Origin: an uncultured Gemmatimonadaceae bacterium
Lineage (GTDB): Bacteria; Gemmatimonadota; Gemmatimonadetes; Gemmatimonadales; Gemmatimonadaceae
Length of the DNA: 64,000 bases
Direction of reading: 5' to 3'
Assembly: GCA_963829055.1 (NCBI GenBank)
Contig: CAWHHI010000020.1
Span: 576,001-640,000, forward strand
A program made the translations under genes and the position numbers. This document shows positions 18,950 to 31,524 of the stretch, piece by piece (position 1 is the first letter of the stretch; every line of letters starts with the position of its first letter). The notes beneath the pieces are model-generated. The model did not search any database and was not told where the DNA came from. It was given only the letters and a program-made list of their open reading frames with translations.

Positions 18950-21598
18950 TCAGTCCGCTCTCAACGCCACCACCGGATCCACCCGCGTTGCCCTTCGGGC
19001 CGGGAAGTACGACGCCAGCACCGCCACCAGGCCGAGCACCACACCAACGAGCGCGAACGTCATCGGGTCCAGCGCGCTCACACCGTACAGCATGCTCACC
19101 ATGACGCGCGTGAGCGCCGCCGCGGCGAGCAGACCCGTGACCACGCCGATCGCCGTTAGGCGCGCACCCTGTGACATGACCAGTCGCAGTACCGCCGGCC
19201 GATCGGCGCCGAGGGCCAGGCGGATTCCCATCTCACGCGTGCGCTGTGTGACCGAGTAGGCGATCACGCCATACAGTCCGACCGTCGCCAGCACGAGTGC
19301 GAGTCCGGCGAACACGATCAGCAGCGACATGTTGAAACGCGGGCCCGCCAGCTGGTTCGCGAGTTGCGACGCCACCGAGCTCACGTCGCGCACGCGGATG
19401 CCGGCATCGACGGCCGCTGCCTCACGCGACAATCGCCGGGCGAGATCCGGCACCGCGCTCGTCGGCCGGATGATGAGCGTCGCCGACTCGAAGTCCTCGG
19501 CGAACGGGAAGTACATCTGATAGTCCATCGATCCGCCCACCCGACGCCCCGTGCTCGGCACAGTCACGTTGCGGGCAACACCGACGATCGTGCTCCACTC
19601 GCCTTTCGCATCCAGACGCAGCCGGCGACCCACCGCCGAGGAGCGCGGCCAGTACTTCTTGGCCATCGCCTCGTTGATGATGATCTCCTTCCCGGACGTG
19701 TCGGCGCCGAACGTTCGCCCGGCCACGATCGGCAGGCGGGTCAGCTTGAAATACTCGGGCCTCGCGAACTGCGACCATAACGCGGACACGCGATCTTCTT
19801 TCTTGAACGTCGTGCCCTCGATCTCGAGGTCGCCGAACATCATTCCGGTTCGCGGCGGCACGCCCATGGCCCACGTCACCTCGCCGATGCCGGGAATCGC
19901 TTGCAAGCGCTGCATCAGCTGACCGTATACGACCCGACGCTGCTCGCGCTTCGGGTAGCGCTGTTCCGGCAGCTGAACGCGCGCCGAGATGAGGCCGGAT
20001 GGGTCGAAGCCGATTTCGGCCCGTCGCATCTTCACCATCGTGCGCACGAGCAACCCAGCGCCCACGAGCAGCATGACCGACAGACACACCTCACCGACGA
20101 CCAGCGCACTCCGGAAGCGTCGCGCACGTGCGGTGCCGGAGGCTGATCGCGTCGCGCTCTTGAGCGAGTTGCCGATGTCCCGAGCGGCCGCGAACATCGC
20201 CGGCGCGAGGCCGAACAGCACACCCGTGAGCATCGTCAGCCCGAAGCTCACCGCGAGCACGGTCGGCGACAGGCGCACCTCATCCAGCTCCGCCAGGCTC
20301 TCGGGGCGCAGCGCGATGATCACGTCGAGACTGCGGTACGCGACGAACAGGCCTAACGCGCCTCCGGCGAGCGCGAGCAGCGTGCTCTCGGTGAGCAACT
20401 GTCGCACGATGCGCCAGCGTCCTGCGCCGAGTGCAGCGCGGATCGCGAACTCGCGCTCGCGCGTCGACGCGCGGGCGAGCAGGAGATTGGCGACGTTCGC
20501 GCAGGCGATGAGCAGCACCATGCCCACGGCGCCCAACAGCACGAGCAGCGTGTCGCGCGTTTGCGACCCCAGGTAGTCCTGCGGCTTGAGCGCGAGTGCT
20601 TTCCATTCCTTGAACTCGGGATGCTCGACCGAGAGCGCGACCATCACGTCGCTCAGTTCCTTGTTGAGCCGGTCGCGATCGGTACCTGGACGCATCTTCG
20701 CCATCGCCTGAGCGCCCTGCGCATCCGGGTTGTCTTCGAGCGGAAGCCAGAGCTGACGCATGCCGCCATCCATGAACGGCACCGTGAAGTCGCGCGGCAG
20801 GACACCGACGATGGTGTATGACGTACCATCGATCGTCATCGCCTGCCCGACGATGTCCTTGGCCCCGCCGAACCTCCGCTTCCAGAGGCCGTGGCCGAGC
20901 ACCACGACTTTCGGCGCACCGATCTTCGTGTCTTCGGCGAGAATCGCCCGCCCGAGTACCGGCGCCACGCCGAGCAGCGGCAGCACGTTCGGGGAGAGCA
21001 GTCCGGCCTTGATGTCCTCGGGGTCATCGCCGTCAGTGACAACGACGTCCTTGTATCCGAACGTCGCGATCGCCTCGAGCGAGTGTGCGCCCTTCCGCCA
21101 TGCTTCCACGAGCTTCGGCGTTGGCGTCACGTACATGTTCCCCTGCAGGTTCGACCGGTTCAGGTTCACGATGCGGTCGCCATCCGGGTACGGAATCGGA
21201 TCGAGCAGCAGTCGATTGACGACGCTGAAGATCGCGGTCGTCGCGCCAATGCCGAGGGCGAGCGTGATGATGGCGAGGGTGGTGAACCCGGGGCTGCGGC
21301 GCATCTGCCGTGTGGCGAAGCGCAGATCGGAGCCCAGCTCGGCCAGGACATCTCGGCGTTGCTGTTCGTGGATCGAATGCTCGTCCATGGTTCGGCAATA
21401 CTCCCTGGCGTCGCTCATGTCGCCGAACCGGCGCAGCGCTTCGCTGTGCGCGGTGTCCGGCGGCACGCCCCGGGCACGGAGCTCGGCGATGCGCATGTCG
21501 AGGTGAAACTGGAACTCGTCGTCAATGTCGCGCCTAACGCGGACTCGGCTCCGCCACGGGAACCGGATCAGCCGGCGGAGGCCACGCATGTCGGGCAT
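18950..21598 (-). CDS. ADOP/MacB-like duplicated ABC permease
   Basis: Intact 882 aa; DEFQFHL prefix domain, [35 protein letters not shown]. Confidence 0.92.
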   Translation of the reverse strand: MPDMRGLRRLIRFPWRSRVRVRRDIDDEFQFHLDMRIAELRARGVPPDTAHSEALRRFGDMSDAREYCRTMDEHSIHEQQRRDVLAELGSDLRFATRQMRRSPGFTTLAIITLALGIGATTAIFSVVNRLLLDPIPYPDGDRIVNLNRSNLQGNMYVTPTPKLVEAWRKGAHSLEAIATFGYKDVVVTDGDDPEDIKAGLLSPNVLPLLGVAPVLGRAILAEDTKIGAPKVVVLGHGLWKRRFGGAKDIVGQAMTIDGTSYTIVGVLPRDFTVPFMDGGMRQLWLPLEDNPDAQGAQAMAKMRPGTDRDRLNKELSDVMVALSVEHPEFKEWKALALKPQDYLGSQTRDTLLVLLGAVGMVLLIACANVANLLLARASTREREFAIRAALGAGRWRIVRQLLTESTLLALAGGALGLFVAYRSLDVIIALRPESLAELDEVRLSPTVLAVSFGLTMLTGVLFGLAPAMFAAARDIGNSLKSATRSASGTARARRFRSALVVGEVCLSVMLLVGAGLLVRTMVKMRRAEIGFDPSGLISARVQLPEQRYPKREQRRVVYGQLMQRLQAIPGIGEVTWAMGVPPRTGMMFGDLEIEGTTFKKEDRVSALWSQFARPEYFKLTRLPIVAGRTFGADTSGKEIIINEAMAKKYWPRSSAVGRRLRLDAKGEWSTIVGVARNVTVPSTGRRVGGSMDYQMYFPFAEDFESATLIIRPTSAVPDLARRLSREAAAVDAGIRVRDVSSVASQLANQLAGPRFNMSLLIVFAGLALVLATVGLYGVIAYSVTQRTREMGIRLALGADRPAVLRLVMSQGARLTAIGVVTGLLAAAALTRVMVSMLYGVSALDPMTFALVGVVLGLVAVLASYFPARRATRVDPVVALRAD

Positions 21599-21616
21599 CT
21601 GTCGCTCCGCGCTTGC

Positions 21617-21949
21617 TCAGGCCGACTCGAGCACGCTGAAGATCGCCGTCGCGTACTGGCGCCACGTGTTCGCTTCGGCGCGTAGCTCCTGGCGTCCGCG
21701 CGCGGTGAGGTTGTAGAACTTCGCCTTGCGGTTGTTCTCGGAGAGCCCCCACTCGGCTTCGATGGAACCGGCGCGCTCGAGGCGATGAAGCGATTTGTAC
21801 AGCGCGGCGTCCTCGATCTCGAGCACGCCGCGGGTGCGCTCGTCGATCCAGCGCGAGATGCCGTAGCCATGCATCGGGCCCCACGAAAGCGTCTTGAGCA
21901 CGAGCACGTCGAGCGTGCCGTGCAGTAGATCGATCGGATCGCGTGCCAT
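21617..21949 (-). CDS. PadR-family transcriptional regulator (ADOP-associated type)
   Basis: LLHGTLDVLVLKTL..GPMHGYGI, LYKSLHRLE, WGLSENNRKAKFY. Confidence 0.92.
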   Translation of the reverse strand: MARDPIDLLHGTLDVLVLKTLSWGPMHGYGISRWIDERTRGVLEIEDAALYKSLHRLERAGSIEAEWGLSENNRKAKFYNLTARGRQELRAEANTWRQYATAIFSVLESA

Positions 21950-21951
21950 CG

Positions 21952-22004
21952 CTTCCCCTAACCTAGTTGTTGGAATAAATGGCCGCGGGCCACAGATTTG
22001 TCCA
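21952..22004 (-). promoter_or_regulatory. Putative padR promoter with overlapping operator palindrome
   Basis: TGGACA-N17-CATTTA on the minus strand; imperfect palindrome TTCCCCTAAC-CTA-GTTGTTGGAA over the RBS. Confidence 0.4.
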
Positions 22005-22380
22005 GTGCCTGGCTCGGTGCGCCGGGGCCAGTGGGGACTACGATTGGGCGGATCTGCTGACTGCGAAACTGCCGGATACGACTTTGCATTCACGCATCAT
22101 CGCGCCGCGGTTCGGTGGGAACTACGATGGCGCGGATGAAACGGAAGAATCAGGATAGCTCTCGACAGGGACAGTCCCTCGCGCAACGAGCCGGGATTAT
22201 ATGGGAACGGCCTCGGGAAGCTCATGCTACCCGAGGCCGTTCTCTCACGCTTCCCACGCCTTGTGTGGGGAGTCCTAACGCGTCAGGCAGTATCCGGCAG
22301 TTTTGCAGTCATCCGCGCCATCGTCGTTCCCACCGGCCCCTTGCGCGACCGACTATCCGCCTGATCCAGCGCCGCGACCC

Positions 22381-24824
22381 CTATTCGACACGGAGCACTA
22401 TCACGGGGTCGACGCGCAATGCGCGGCGCGCGGGAATCGCGGCCGCGATCACAGCGACCGCTACGACGACGAGCGGCACGATGATGAACGTCATCGGATC
22501 GGTCGCGCTCACACCATAGATCAGCGTGCGAAGGAGTTGTGCGCCACCTGCGGCCGCGATCATCCCGACGACGACGCCGATACCCACGGTGCGCAGCGTT
22601 TCGCCGACCACCAGTACCTGGACGTGCGATGCGCGCGCGCCGAGCGCCATGCGGACGCCGAGCTCGCGTGTTCGCCGAGCGGTAGCGAACGACACCACGC
22701 CGAAGATTCCCACTGCGCCGAGGAGAAGTGCCAGCGCCGCAAACGTCCCCACGAGCGTCACCTGAAATCGTGGCTGTCGGAGCGCCGCCGACGCGAGCTC
22801 GCCAATTGTCGCCACCTGCACGGCGCGCGCTTCTGCGTCAACCTCCGACACCGCGCGCCGGAGTGAGGCCGAGAGCAGCGCCGGGTCGCCCGCCGCGCGC
22901 ACGACGAGATGGTTCAGTTTCCACGGGCTCTGTGTGTAGGGCACGTACACGTCGAGCGATTCCACGCGCGGGTCGCGATACCGCGCGGCCCCGACGACGC
23001 CAACGACCTCGACCCACGGCGCCGGGGAATCCGGCGGTCCCCACTTGAGCCGCTTGCCGATTGGCGACGCGTTAGGCCAGAAGCGACGCGCCGTCGCGGC
23101 GCTCACGATCACGACTCTGGGCGCCTTCTCATCGTCGGCGTCCGAAAGCGGGCGGCCCTGGATTACCGGGATGCCCGCTGCCTGGAAGTAGCTCGGTGTG
23201 ATCGCCTCGTAGTTCACGAGCGGCTGCTTGCGTTGCGTATCCGCGTCTGTACCCTCGAGCGACAGCGGATAGTCGAAGCCATCCGGACCAGCGAGTGGCC
23301 GCAGCAGCACCCCGCTCGCCGCCACCACTCCGGGGAGTTGATTCACCCGAGCCACAGCGTCACGGAAAAAACCGCGCGTCTTCGCGGGATCGGCGTACTT
23401 CGTGTCCGGCAGGAACAGCTCGGCCGTCAGCGTGTGTTCGCGATCGAAGCCTAACGGGGCTGCGTTCAAACGCGCGAAGCTCCGGAGCAACACGCCTCCT
23501 CCGATCAGCAACATCACCGCGAGCGCGACTTCCACGGCGACCAACGTACGCTGCGTCTTACGAGCTGACCCGCTGCCGGTCGTCCGCCCCGAAGCTGCCC
23601 GTAGCACCGCCCCCGGCGCGACGCGCGTCCCGCGCAATGCCGGGAGGACGCCGAACAACAGGGTTGTCGCGACCAGCAACGCCGCGGTGAACGCAGCGAT
23701 CCGCACGTCGATCTCGACCGCAGCTCGCACGGTAGAGGTCCGCTGGAATCATTGCGCGCGATCGCGCCGCGACCAGCAAAGCACGCCCCGAGGCCGACGA
23801 CGGCGCCGATGGCGGCGATCACCGCCGCTTCCACCAGCAGCTGACGCACGAGCCTGGCGCGATCGGCGCCTAACGCCGTGCGCAAGGCAATCTCACCTTC
23901 CCGCATTGCTGCGCGCGCCAGCAGCAGATTCGCCACGTTGGCGCAGGCGACGAGCAGTACGAGCCCCGCGGCGGCAAGCAGCACGACCATCCCCCGTCGA
24001 GCGTCTCCGATCAGCTCATCCGCGATGGGCGTCAGTTGCGGCGCTGCGACGACGCTACGCGGCGTGCCCGCCGCGGCGGCGGACCGCGCGAGCAGGCGGT
24101 CGGTCTCCTGACGCGCGCCATTGATTGAAACCCCTGGCCGAACTCGCCCCACGAGATTGAGGAACGCGATCTGGCGGTTGTCGACCAGCGAATCGATCGC
24201 GGGCACGAGCGCTATCCAGGCTTCGGACCCGCGCGGGTACTCGAATCCCTTCGGCATGACCCCGACGACGGTGTAGCGAGTCCCGCTCACCTCCACGCGA
24301 CGCCCGAGCACAGCGCCATCGCCGCCGAACTTTCGCGTCCAGATACCGTACCCGAGTACGATGACTGGTGCCGCGCCGCGATGGTCATCCTCAGGAGTGA
24401 GTGTCCGCCCGAGCATTGGGCGTGCGCCGAGGACATCGAACAGGTTGCCCGACGCGCCGATAGCCGCGAGCGGCTCATTGGCGGTGCCGTCTGTCCAGAC
24501 CGACGGCTGCAATGCCGATGGGACCGCGGCGAGCCCCGCGAACGACTTCGTCCCGTCTCGAAGCTCGCGATACTCGGGGTAGGTCGTCTCGACCGAGCCA
24601 GCACTGCCGGGCCGCTCGCGCCGGACGATCACGAGCTCCTCGGCGTTCTGGAACGGTAGCGGCGCCAGCAATACCGCGTCGACGACGGCGAAGACGGCCG
24701 CGGTCGCCCCGATGCCCAGGGCCAACGTGGATATGGCAACAAGGGCGAAACCAGGGCTCCGCCGAAGTTGGCGGAGAGCGACAGCCGCGTCGAAGCGCAA
24801 CTCGTGAAGCCACGTCTGGCGCAT
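22381..24824 (-). CDS. ADOP/MacB-like duplicated ABC permease (frameshift near 23730-23780)
   Basis: [45 protein letters not shown]; lacks the N-terminal prefix domain. Confidence 0.88.
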
Positions 24825-25120
24825 GGCAGATACTCGAGAACTGGGGTAACGGCAGTCGCCGCTTGGGAACACCCGGGCGACAATGCGGTCGGCTCTACTC
24901 TGCCGCCAGTGGGCATGGGACGTACGGGGACGCTCGCACTTTTATCCGTATCACGTGCCAAACACGTTTCCGCCACAGCGTAGCCAGCTGATGCATGGCC
25001 GGGCAGCGTTAGCTGAGTGTCAGCTATCCAGAAAGTCTGTGGCGCTGGCGCATCACTGGTGCGGACTTTCCGCATCAATGTGCCCTAACCCGCGTTAAAC
25101 CACGAGGCTGGCACTTCGTT

Positions 25121-25247
25121 GCAAGTTGTTACCGGCTAACGCGATAACGGAAAAAACGTGGCGCCTAACGAGGTGGTCTTATTCGGTTCTGGACATTTGC
25201 ATGATCACCATTACAATGAGTTGGGTTGGTTAACCAACGTTAACGTT
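25121..25247 (+). promoter_or_regulatory. Putative promoter of the first polysaccharide operon
   Basis: TGGACA(25190)-N16-TACAAT(25212), upstream GCAAGT-N16-GATAA, downstream palindromes; mirrored at 39246-39351. Confidence 0.55.
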
Positions 25248-25426
25248 TGTCGGTGGATCGAGGACTGAGCGCGCCGCCACGACGCCGGAGTCGGCGGATT
25301 TGACGTGGTCGACGCTTGGCGCTTCGAAATTCACAGCTCGCTGCTGAGCGGTGACGCCAATGTTGGTCGTTGATGTTCGCCATGGCGGACTGCGGTGGGG
25401 GGGGCGTTGCTGTCTTCGACTTCTCT

Positions 25427-27309
25427 ATGACCGAGAGCCGGCACGAGCACGTTTCTCGACGTCGGCCGTGGGTAAGCGTCGCCACGCACGCCATCCTGGT
25501 GGTGCTGGCGTATCTGACCGCGTTCGCGCTCCGGTTCGACTTCGAATTCACTTCGGCCCGGGCGTGGCAGTTCGTCGTCACGCTGCCCGTTCTGCTCCCG
25601 GTGCGACTCCTGGTATTCTGGCAGTGCGGAATTTTCCGACTGTATTGGCGCCATATCGGATTCCGCGACCTCTTCGGGCTGCAGAGCGCGGTGACGCTCA
25701 GCTCACTCCTGTTCGTTTTCGCGCTGTACTTCGTTGGTCTGCTCGATGGCATGCCGCGGTCGGTGCTCATCATCGACTGGTTCTTGACCATCTTCTTCTG
25801 CGGCGGCGTGATGTTCGCGACGCGCTACATGAGGGAGATGCGTCCGCGCTTCGAGCCCGCGACGGGACGCCGCACACTCCTGGTTGGGGCGGGAGCCGGC
25901 GCGGAGCAGTTGCTGCGGCAGGCACAACACAGTCGCGAACACGACCTGTTGATCGTCGGTATTGTCGACGACGATCCGTCGACGCACGCGCAGTTGCTTC
26001 ACGGCGTCCCGGTCCTCGGCGCCACACGCGACATGGCGCGACTCGTGGCGCGGTTACCGCTCGAGCTGGTGGTGATCACCGTGCAGCACGCGACGAAGGA
26101 TCAGATGCGCGATCTCGTCGATCGCTGCGCTGCCACGGGCGTCGAGTACAAGATCCTGCCGTCGCTCACCGAGATGCTTACGGGCCCGACTGCCGGGGGA
26201 CGACTTCGCGACGTGCGCATCGAGGATTTACTGGGGCGCCAACCGGTATCGCTGGACCTTGGGATCCGTCGCGCGCGAAGTAACCGGGCGGACCATCCTC
26301 GTCACGGGCGCGGCCGGATCCATCGGCTCCGAGCTCGCCAGACAGCTCGCCGGCTTCCGGCCGTCTCGGCTGATCCTGTTCGAGCGCGCAGAGACGCCGT
26401 TGTACTTCGTAAACCTCGAGATCACGCGGGCGCACCCTGAGATCGAGGTCGTTCCCGCCATGGGCGATGTCACGGACCACAAACGCGTCGACCAGATCTT
26501 CGCGCGGTTCCGACCCGACTACGTGTTTCACGCGGCCGCGTACAAGCACGTGCCGATGCTGGAAACGAACGTCCGTGAGGCCGTCCGAAACAACGTCGTC
26601 GGTACTCGCCACGTGGTCGCGACAGCGCCCTTCGCTACGGCGTCCGCAAGTTCGTCCTGATCTCGACCGACAAGGCGGTCAATCCGTCGAGCGTCATGGG
26701 GGCCACCAAGCGCATCGCCGAGCGAATTCTTCTCGGGTCGGCAATGCAGCCGACAGACGTCCACCGAGTTCCGCGTCGTGCGCTTCGGGAACGTGCTCGG
26801 CTCCGACGGCAGCGTCATTCCGCTCTTTCAACGACAGATCGCCGCCGGCCAGCCGCTGACGGTGACGCACCCGGAAGTGCGGCGGTACTTCATGACGATT
26901 CCGGAAGCGGTACAGCTGGTGCTGCAGGCAACGGTACTGCCTGACGCGGCCGGCCGGATCTGCATGCTCGAGATGGGCGAGCCGGTTCGCATCCTGTACC
27001 TCGCCGAGCAGATGATCCGTCTGTCAGGGCTCACGCCGTACAAGGATGTGCCGATCGTGTTCACCGGGCTGCGTCCTGGTGAAAAGCTCGATGAGGAGCT
27101 GACGTCGGAGATCGAAGCGACGATGCCGACGGTCGTCGAGAAGATACGGCTCGTGAGAACGGACGACGTCGATCGCCGATACGCTCGCCTACGGGCTCGA
27201 GCGGATCAGCACTCTGCTCGCGGAGGGCACCGACCACGAGGTACGCGAAGCGCTTCGAGCACTCGTGCCCGAGTATTGGGAAGTTCGCCCCGCGAGCACC
27301 GCTCGCTGA
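25427..27309 (+). CDS. Polysaccharide biosynthesis nucleotide-sugar 4,6-dehydratase (CapD/PglF/WbpM type), frameshifted
   Basis: N-terminal TMs, [56 protein letters not shown]. Confidence 0.9.
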
Positions 27310-27490
27310 TGTCGAGGTGCCAACTCTACGGCACGGGACGGGGCGTGGCCGATCGCGCCGGCAGCCCGCACGTCCAGATGCTTCGACGTATGGTCCCGCT
27401 AGCGAGCGCCGGTCGATGCGGTCACCGCGACGATCAACGTCGCCCGGGCGTCGTGATCGAGGCGGAAATCGCGAATGCGGAACGCAGCGC

Positions 27491-28113
27491 GTGAAGCGCA
27501 CGCTCGACCTGGCGGGGAGCGTGATCGGTCTTGTCGTGTTCGCCATCCCGATGGCGGTCGTCGCCGCGCTCATTCGCCTAACGCTTGGGTCGCCGGTGAT
27601 CTACCGTCAACCGCGGCCGGGGCTGCACGGCCGCACGTTCGATATCTACAAGTTCCGAACGATGCGTGACACGACGGACGCGGCGGGCAACCCGCTGCCC
27701 AATCGACTGCGTATCACGGCACTCGGTCGATTTCTCCGGCGCACGAGCCTCGACGAGCTCCCTGAGCTGATCAACGTCCTACGCGGCGAGATGAGTCTCG
27801 TCGGACCACGACCACTCCGCGTCGAGTACCTCGAGCGGTACACGCCCGAACAGGCACGCCGGCACGACGTGCTGCCGGGCATCACGGGTTGGGCGCAGAT
27901 CAACGGCCGCAACACGCTGAATTGGGACGAGCGGCTCGCGCTCGACATCTGGTACGTCGACCACGCGAGCGTATGGCTGGATCTGAAAATCCTGATGCAG
28001 ACGCTTTTCAGCCTGGTCCGCGGCATGCTGACGTCAGCGCCGACGGCTTGGATGTGCCGGAATTCCTGGGAACGACACGTAGGGATCGACAGTGCACCTT
28101 TAACGGGGGTTAA
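27491..28113 (+). CDS. Priming sugar-phosphate transferase (PglC/EpsL-like, Bac_transf)
   Basis: KRTLDL, YKFRTM, SLDELPEL.NVLRGEMSLVGPRP, PGITGWAQINGRN. Confidence 0.9.
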
Positions 28114-28117
28114 GGAG

Positions 28118-28410
28118 ATGACGACGGTCGAGCAGGAGATCCGCACGTTTCTGGCGGAGAATTTTTCGCTCGGTGGTGACATCAACCGCCTGCCGGGAAA
28201 CCGGTCGCTCACCGAACGCGGCATTCATCGACTCGGTCGGAATCGTCGAGGTGCTCACGTTCCTCGAGACGCAGTACGACATCCAGATCAACGACGACGA
28301 GACGGTTCCCGAGAACATCGACACGATCGACAACATGGTGCGGTTCGTCGCGACGAAGCGCGGCGGCGCCGAGGCCCGGTACGTGCCGCTGGCGCCTAAC
28401 GTGTCGCATG
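28118..28410 (+). CDS. Acyl carrier protein (frameshift near 28220; end approximate)
   Basis: [18 protein letters not shown]...[14 protein letters not shown]...PENIDTID with the phosphopantetheine Ser. Confidence 0.8.
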
Positions 28411-29385
28411 CCCGACCTGCTCCGCATCGACCCGGAGCAGGCGACCGCCGAGATCACCGCCGCGCATCGAGTCGGCGGTGACCCGGCGAATGCGGAAGCG
28501 CGGCGTTGTCGTCGGGCTGTCGGGTGGCGTGGACAGCAGCGTCTGCGCCGCGTTATGCGCGCGCGCGCTCGGACCCGAGCGCGTGCTCGGGCTGCTCATG
28601 CCGGAGCGCGAGTCGTCGTCCGACATCGCTCGAGCTCGGCCGCCTCGCCGCCGAGAGCTTCGGCATCCCGACGGACGTCGAGGACATCACCGCGGTGCCT
28701 CGACGCCGCCGGATGCTACGCGCGGCGCGACGACGCCATCCGCTCGCTCATTCCCGAGTACGGGCCCGAGTGGCGGTGCAAGGTATGCTGCCGAGCGTCG
28801 TCGACAGCGACCAGTACCGCATCTTCTCCGTCGTCGCGCAGGCGCCCGACGGCACGCAGCGTCGTGCGCGCGTCACACCGACGGCGTATCTCGAGCTCGT
28901 CGCGTCGACGAGCTTCAAGCAGCGCACGCGGAAGATGATGGAGTACTACCACGCCGATCGGCTGCAATTACGCGGTCGTCGGCACGCCGAACCGGCTCGA
29001 GTACGACCAGGGCTTCTTCGTGAAGAACGGCGACGGCTCGGCCGACATCAAGCCGATCGCCCATCTCTACAAGAGCCAGGTCTACCAGCTCGCGGAGTAC
29101 CTCGGCGTGCCGGATACGATCCGGATGCGTCCGCCGACGACGGACACGTACTCGCTGCCGCAGACGCAGGAGGAGTTCTACTTCTCCCTGCCGTACGACA
29201 AGATGGACCTGTGCCTCTACGCGCGGAACAACGGCATCGAGGCCGCCGACGTCGCGGCGGCGTTAGGCCTGACCGAGCAGCAGATCGAGCGCGTCTTCCG
29301 CGACATCGATTCCAAGCGACGCGCGAGCCGCTACCTGCACCTCGAGCCGCAGCTCGTCGCCGAGGTCATCGAGGTCGGAGACTGA
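28408..29385 (+). CDS. NadE-like NH3-dependent synthetase (frameshifted)
   Basis: [54 protein letters not shown]. Confidence 0.85.
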
Positions 29386-29459
29386 CGGCCGCGGTCTGCG
29401 TCGCGGCGCGGAATCACGAACCCTGGAACACCCCGACGGGGTGATGGCGGGAGGCGCAC

Positions 29460-31524
29460 GTGTGCGGTGCTGGCGGGAATCTACGGACGACCGGGGGAGA
29501 ATGCCTCGCGCGAGCTGCTGTGCGCGATGGCCGGCGAGCTGCGACATCGCGGCCCGGACGGGACCGGGCTCTACCTCGACCGCCAGTTCGGGATGGTCAA
29601 CACGCGACTCGCCATCATCGACCTCGCCGGCGGCGATCAGCCGCTGTCCGACGAGCGCGGCCGCTACTGGGTGATGCAGAACGGCGAGATCTTCAACTAC
29701 CCCGAGCTCCAGCGCGAGCTCGCGGCGCTCGGTCATCGCTTCGCGACGAACAGCGACACGGAAGTGCTCGCCCACGCCTACGAGGAATGGGGCGTCGACT
29801 GTCTCACGCGCCTGAATGGCGAGTTCGCGTTCGCCGTGTGGGATCGGGAGACTTGCGAGCTGTTCCTCGCCCGCGATCGATTCGGCATTCGACCGCTCTT
29901 TCTCCTCGAGAGTGGCGGCCGTCTCGCGTTCGCGTCCGAAGCCAAGGCGCTGCTCCGACATCCGGACGCGGTCCGCGCGCTCGACCCCGCGTCGCGATCG
30001 TTCAGGCCTTCACGCTCTGGGCGACCGAGCCCGACACGGTCATCGTTTCCCGGTATTCGCGAGCTTCCGCCCGGACACTGGCTGCGCGTGAGTGCCGCCG
30101 GGACGGTCGAGCGAGCGATGCTGGTGGGACCTGCGCTTCGCGTCGCCTAACGAGATGCGCGCCGGAGCCGGAGGATGTCCTCGTCGAGGAGCTGACTGCG
30201 CTGCTCGACGACGCGACACGACATCCGGCTGCGAGCCGACGTGCCGGTCGGCACGTACCTGAGCGGCGGTCTCGACTCGTCGGCGGTCACGGCGCTCGCC
30301 CAGCGACACACGCGCCACCCGGTGCACGCGTTCGCGATCGGCTTCACCGACGCCGCGTTCGACGAGACGGAGCATCAGGACCTCGTCGCGAACACGGCTC
30401 GGCACGGAAGTGACGCGCGTGATCGTCGACGGGCCGGCGATCGCCGAGCTCATGCCGCGCGTCGTGTTCCTCTCCGAGAAACCCACGCTCCGCACCGCAC
30501 CGGCGCCGCTGCTCAAGCTGTCGGAGACCGTGCGCGCGTCCGGGTACAAAGTCGTGCTCACTGGCGAAGGCGCGGACGAGATGTTCGCCGGCTACGACGT
30601 GTTCAAGCTCGACAAGGTGCGCCGGTTCTGGGCGCGGCGTCCGGACTCGCGATGCCGACCGCAGCTGCTCCGTCGACTGTACCCGTACCTCGCCCAGGAC
30701 CTCGGGCGTGCCGGGCGAGTCTCCTGCCTAAGGTCTTTCGCCGCCGGTCTCACGGAGACCGACGACCCGCTGTACAGCCATCGCACCCGGTTCGACCATG
30801 CGGCGCGCGCGCTTCGCTTTCTCGACCCCGAGCGTGCGAGACCGTGCGAACGCTGCCGGCGACCCGCGCGATGCCGTGTGCGCGCGCCTGCCCGAAGGCT
30901 TCGCGCGTTTCAGCGACGCTCGGGTCGCGCGCAGTACCTCGAGATCATCACGTTCCTCACCGGGTACCTGCTGCACTCGCAGGGCGACCGCATGTTGATG
31001 GGCAACTCGGTCGAGGGTCGATTCCCGTTCCTCGACCACCGCATTGCGGAATTCGCCGCGCGTCTCCCGGACGGCGCGAAGCTGAGCGGATTGCGCGAGA
31101 AGCATACTTCTGCGCCGTGCCGTTCGCCCGCTGCTGCCTGCCGACATCGTCGCTCGCGAGAAGCGTCCCTACCGGGCGCCGATCCTGCGCGCGTTCATGG
31201 GGCGCGGCGCGCCAGCGTACGTCAGCGAGCTGCTCGACAGTGAACGACTGCGCGAGCGCCGGCATCTTCGCGCCCAGCGCCGTGGAGCAACTCGTCCAGA
31301 AGTGCCGACGAAATGCCGACGGCTTCGTGAGCGAGAGCGATGAGATGTCGCTCGTGGGCGTGCTGTCCGTGATGCTGCTCGACGAGCAGTTCGTGCGCAA
31401 CCCGGTGCTCGCCGCTCCGGCGGAGCCGACCAAGGTCGTCATCGGCGCGACACTCGTCGCGCCCGCCTACCCGAAACTCCAAGGAGGAATGCGTGAGCCC
31501 GCGGGCACAGCGCCTATTGCATGA
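29460..31524 (+). CDS. asnB: Asparagine synthase-like amidotransferase 1 (frameshifted)
   Basis: N-terminal CG, HRGPD, RLAIIDL, NGEIFN, YLSGGLDSS, LTGEGADE, EGRFPFLD. Confidence 0.85.

Noticed and set aside
25109..25123. Sigma-54 promoter TGGCACTTCGTTGCA
   Set aside because: The GG-to-GC spacing is 9 nt rather than the required 10; it would be valid only if an indel error is present.
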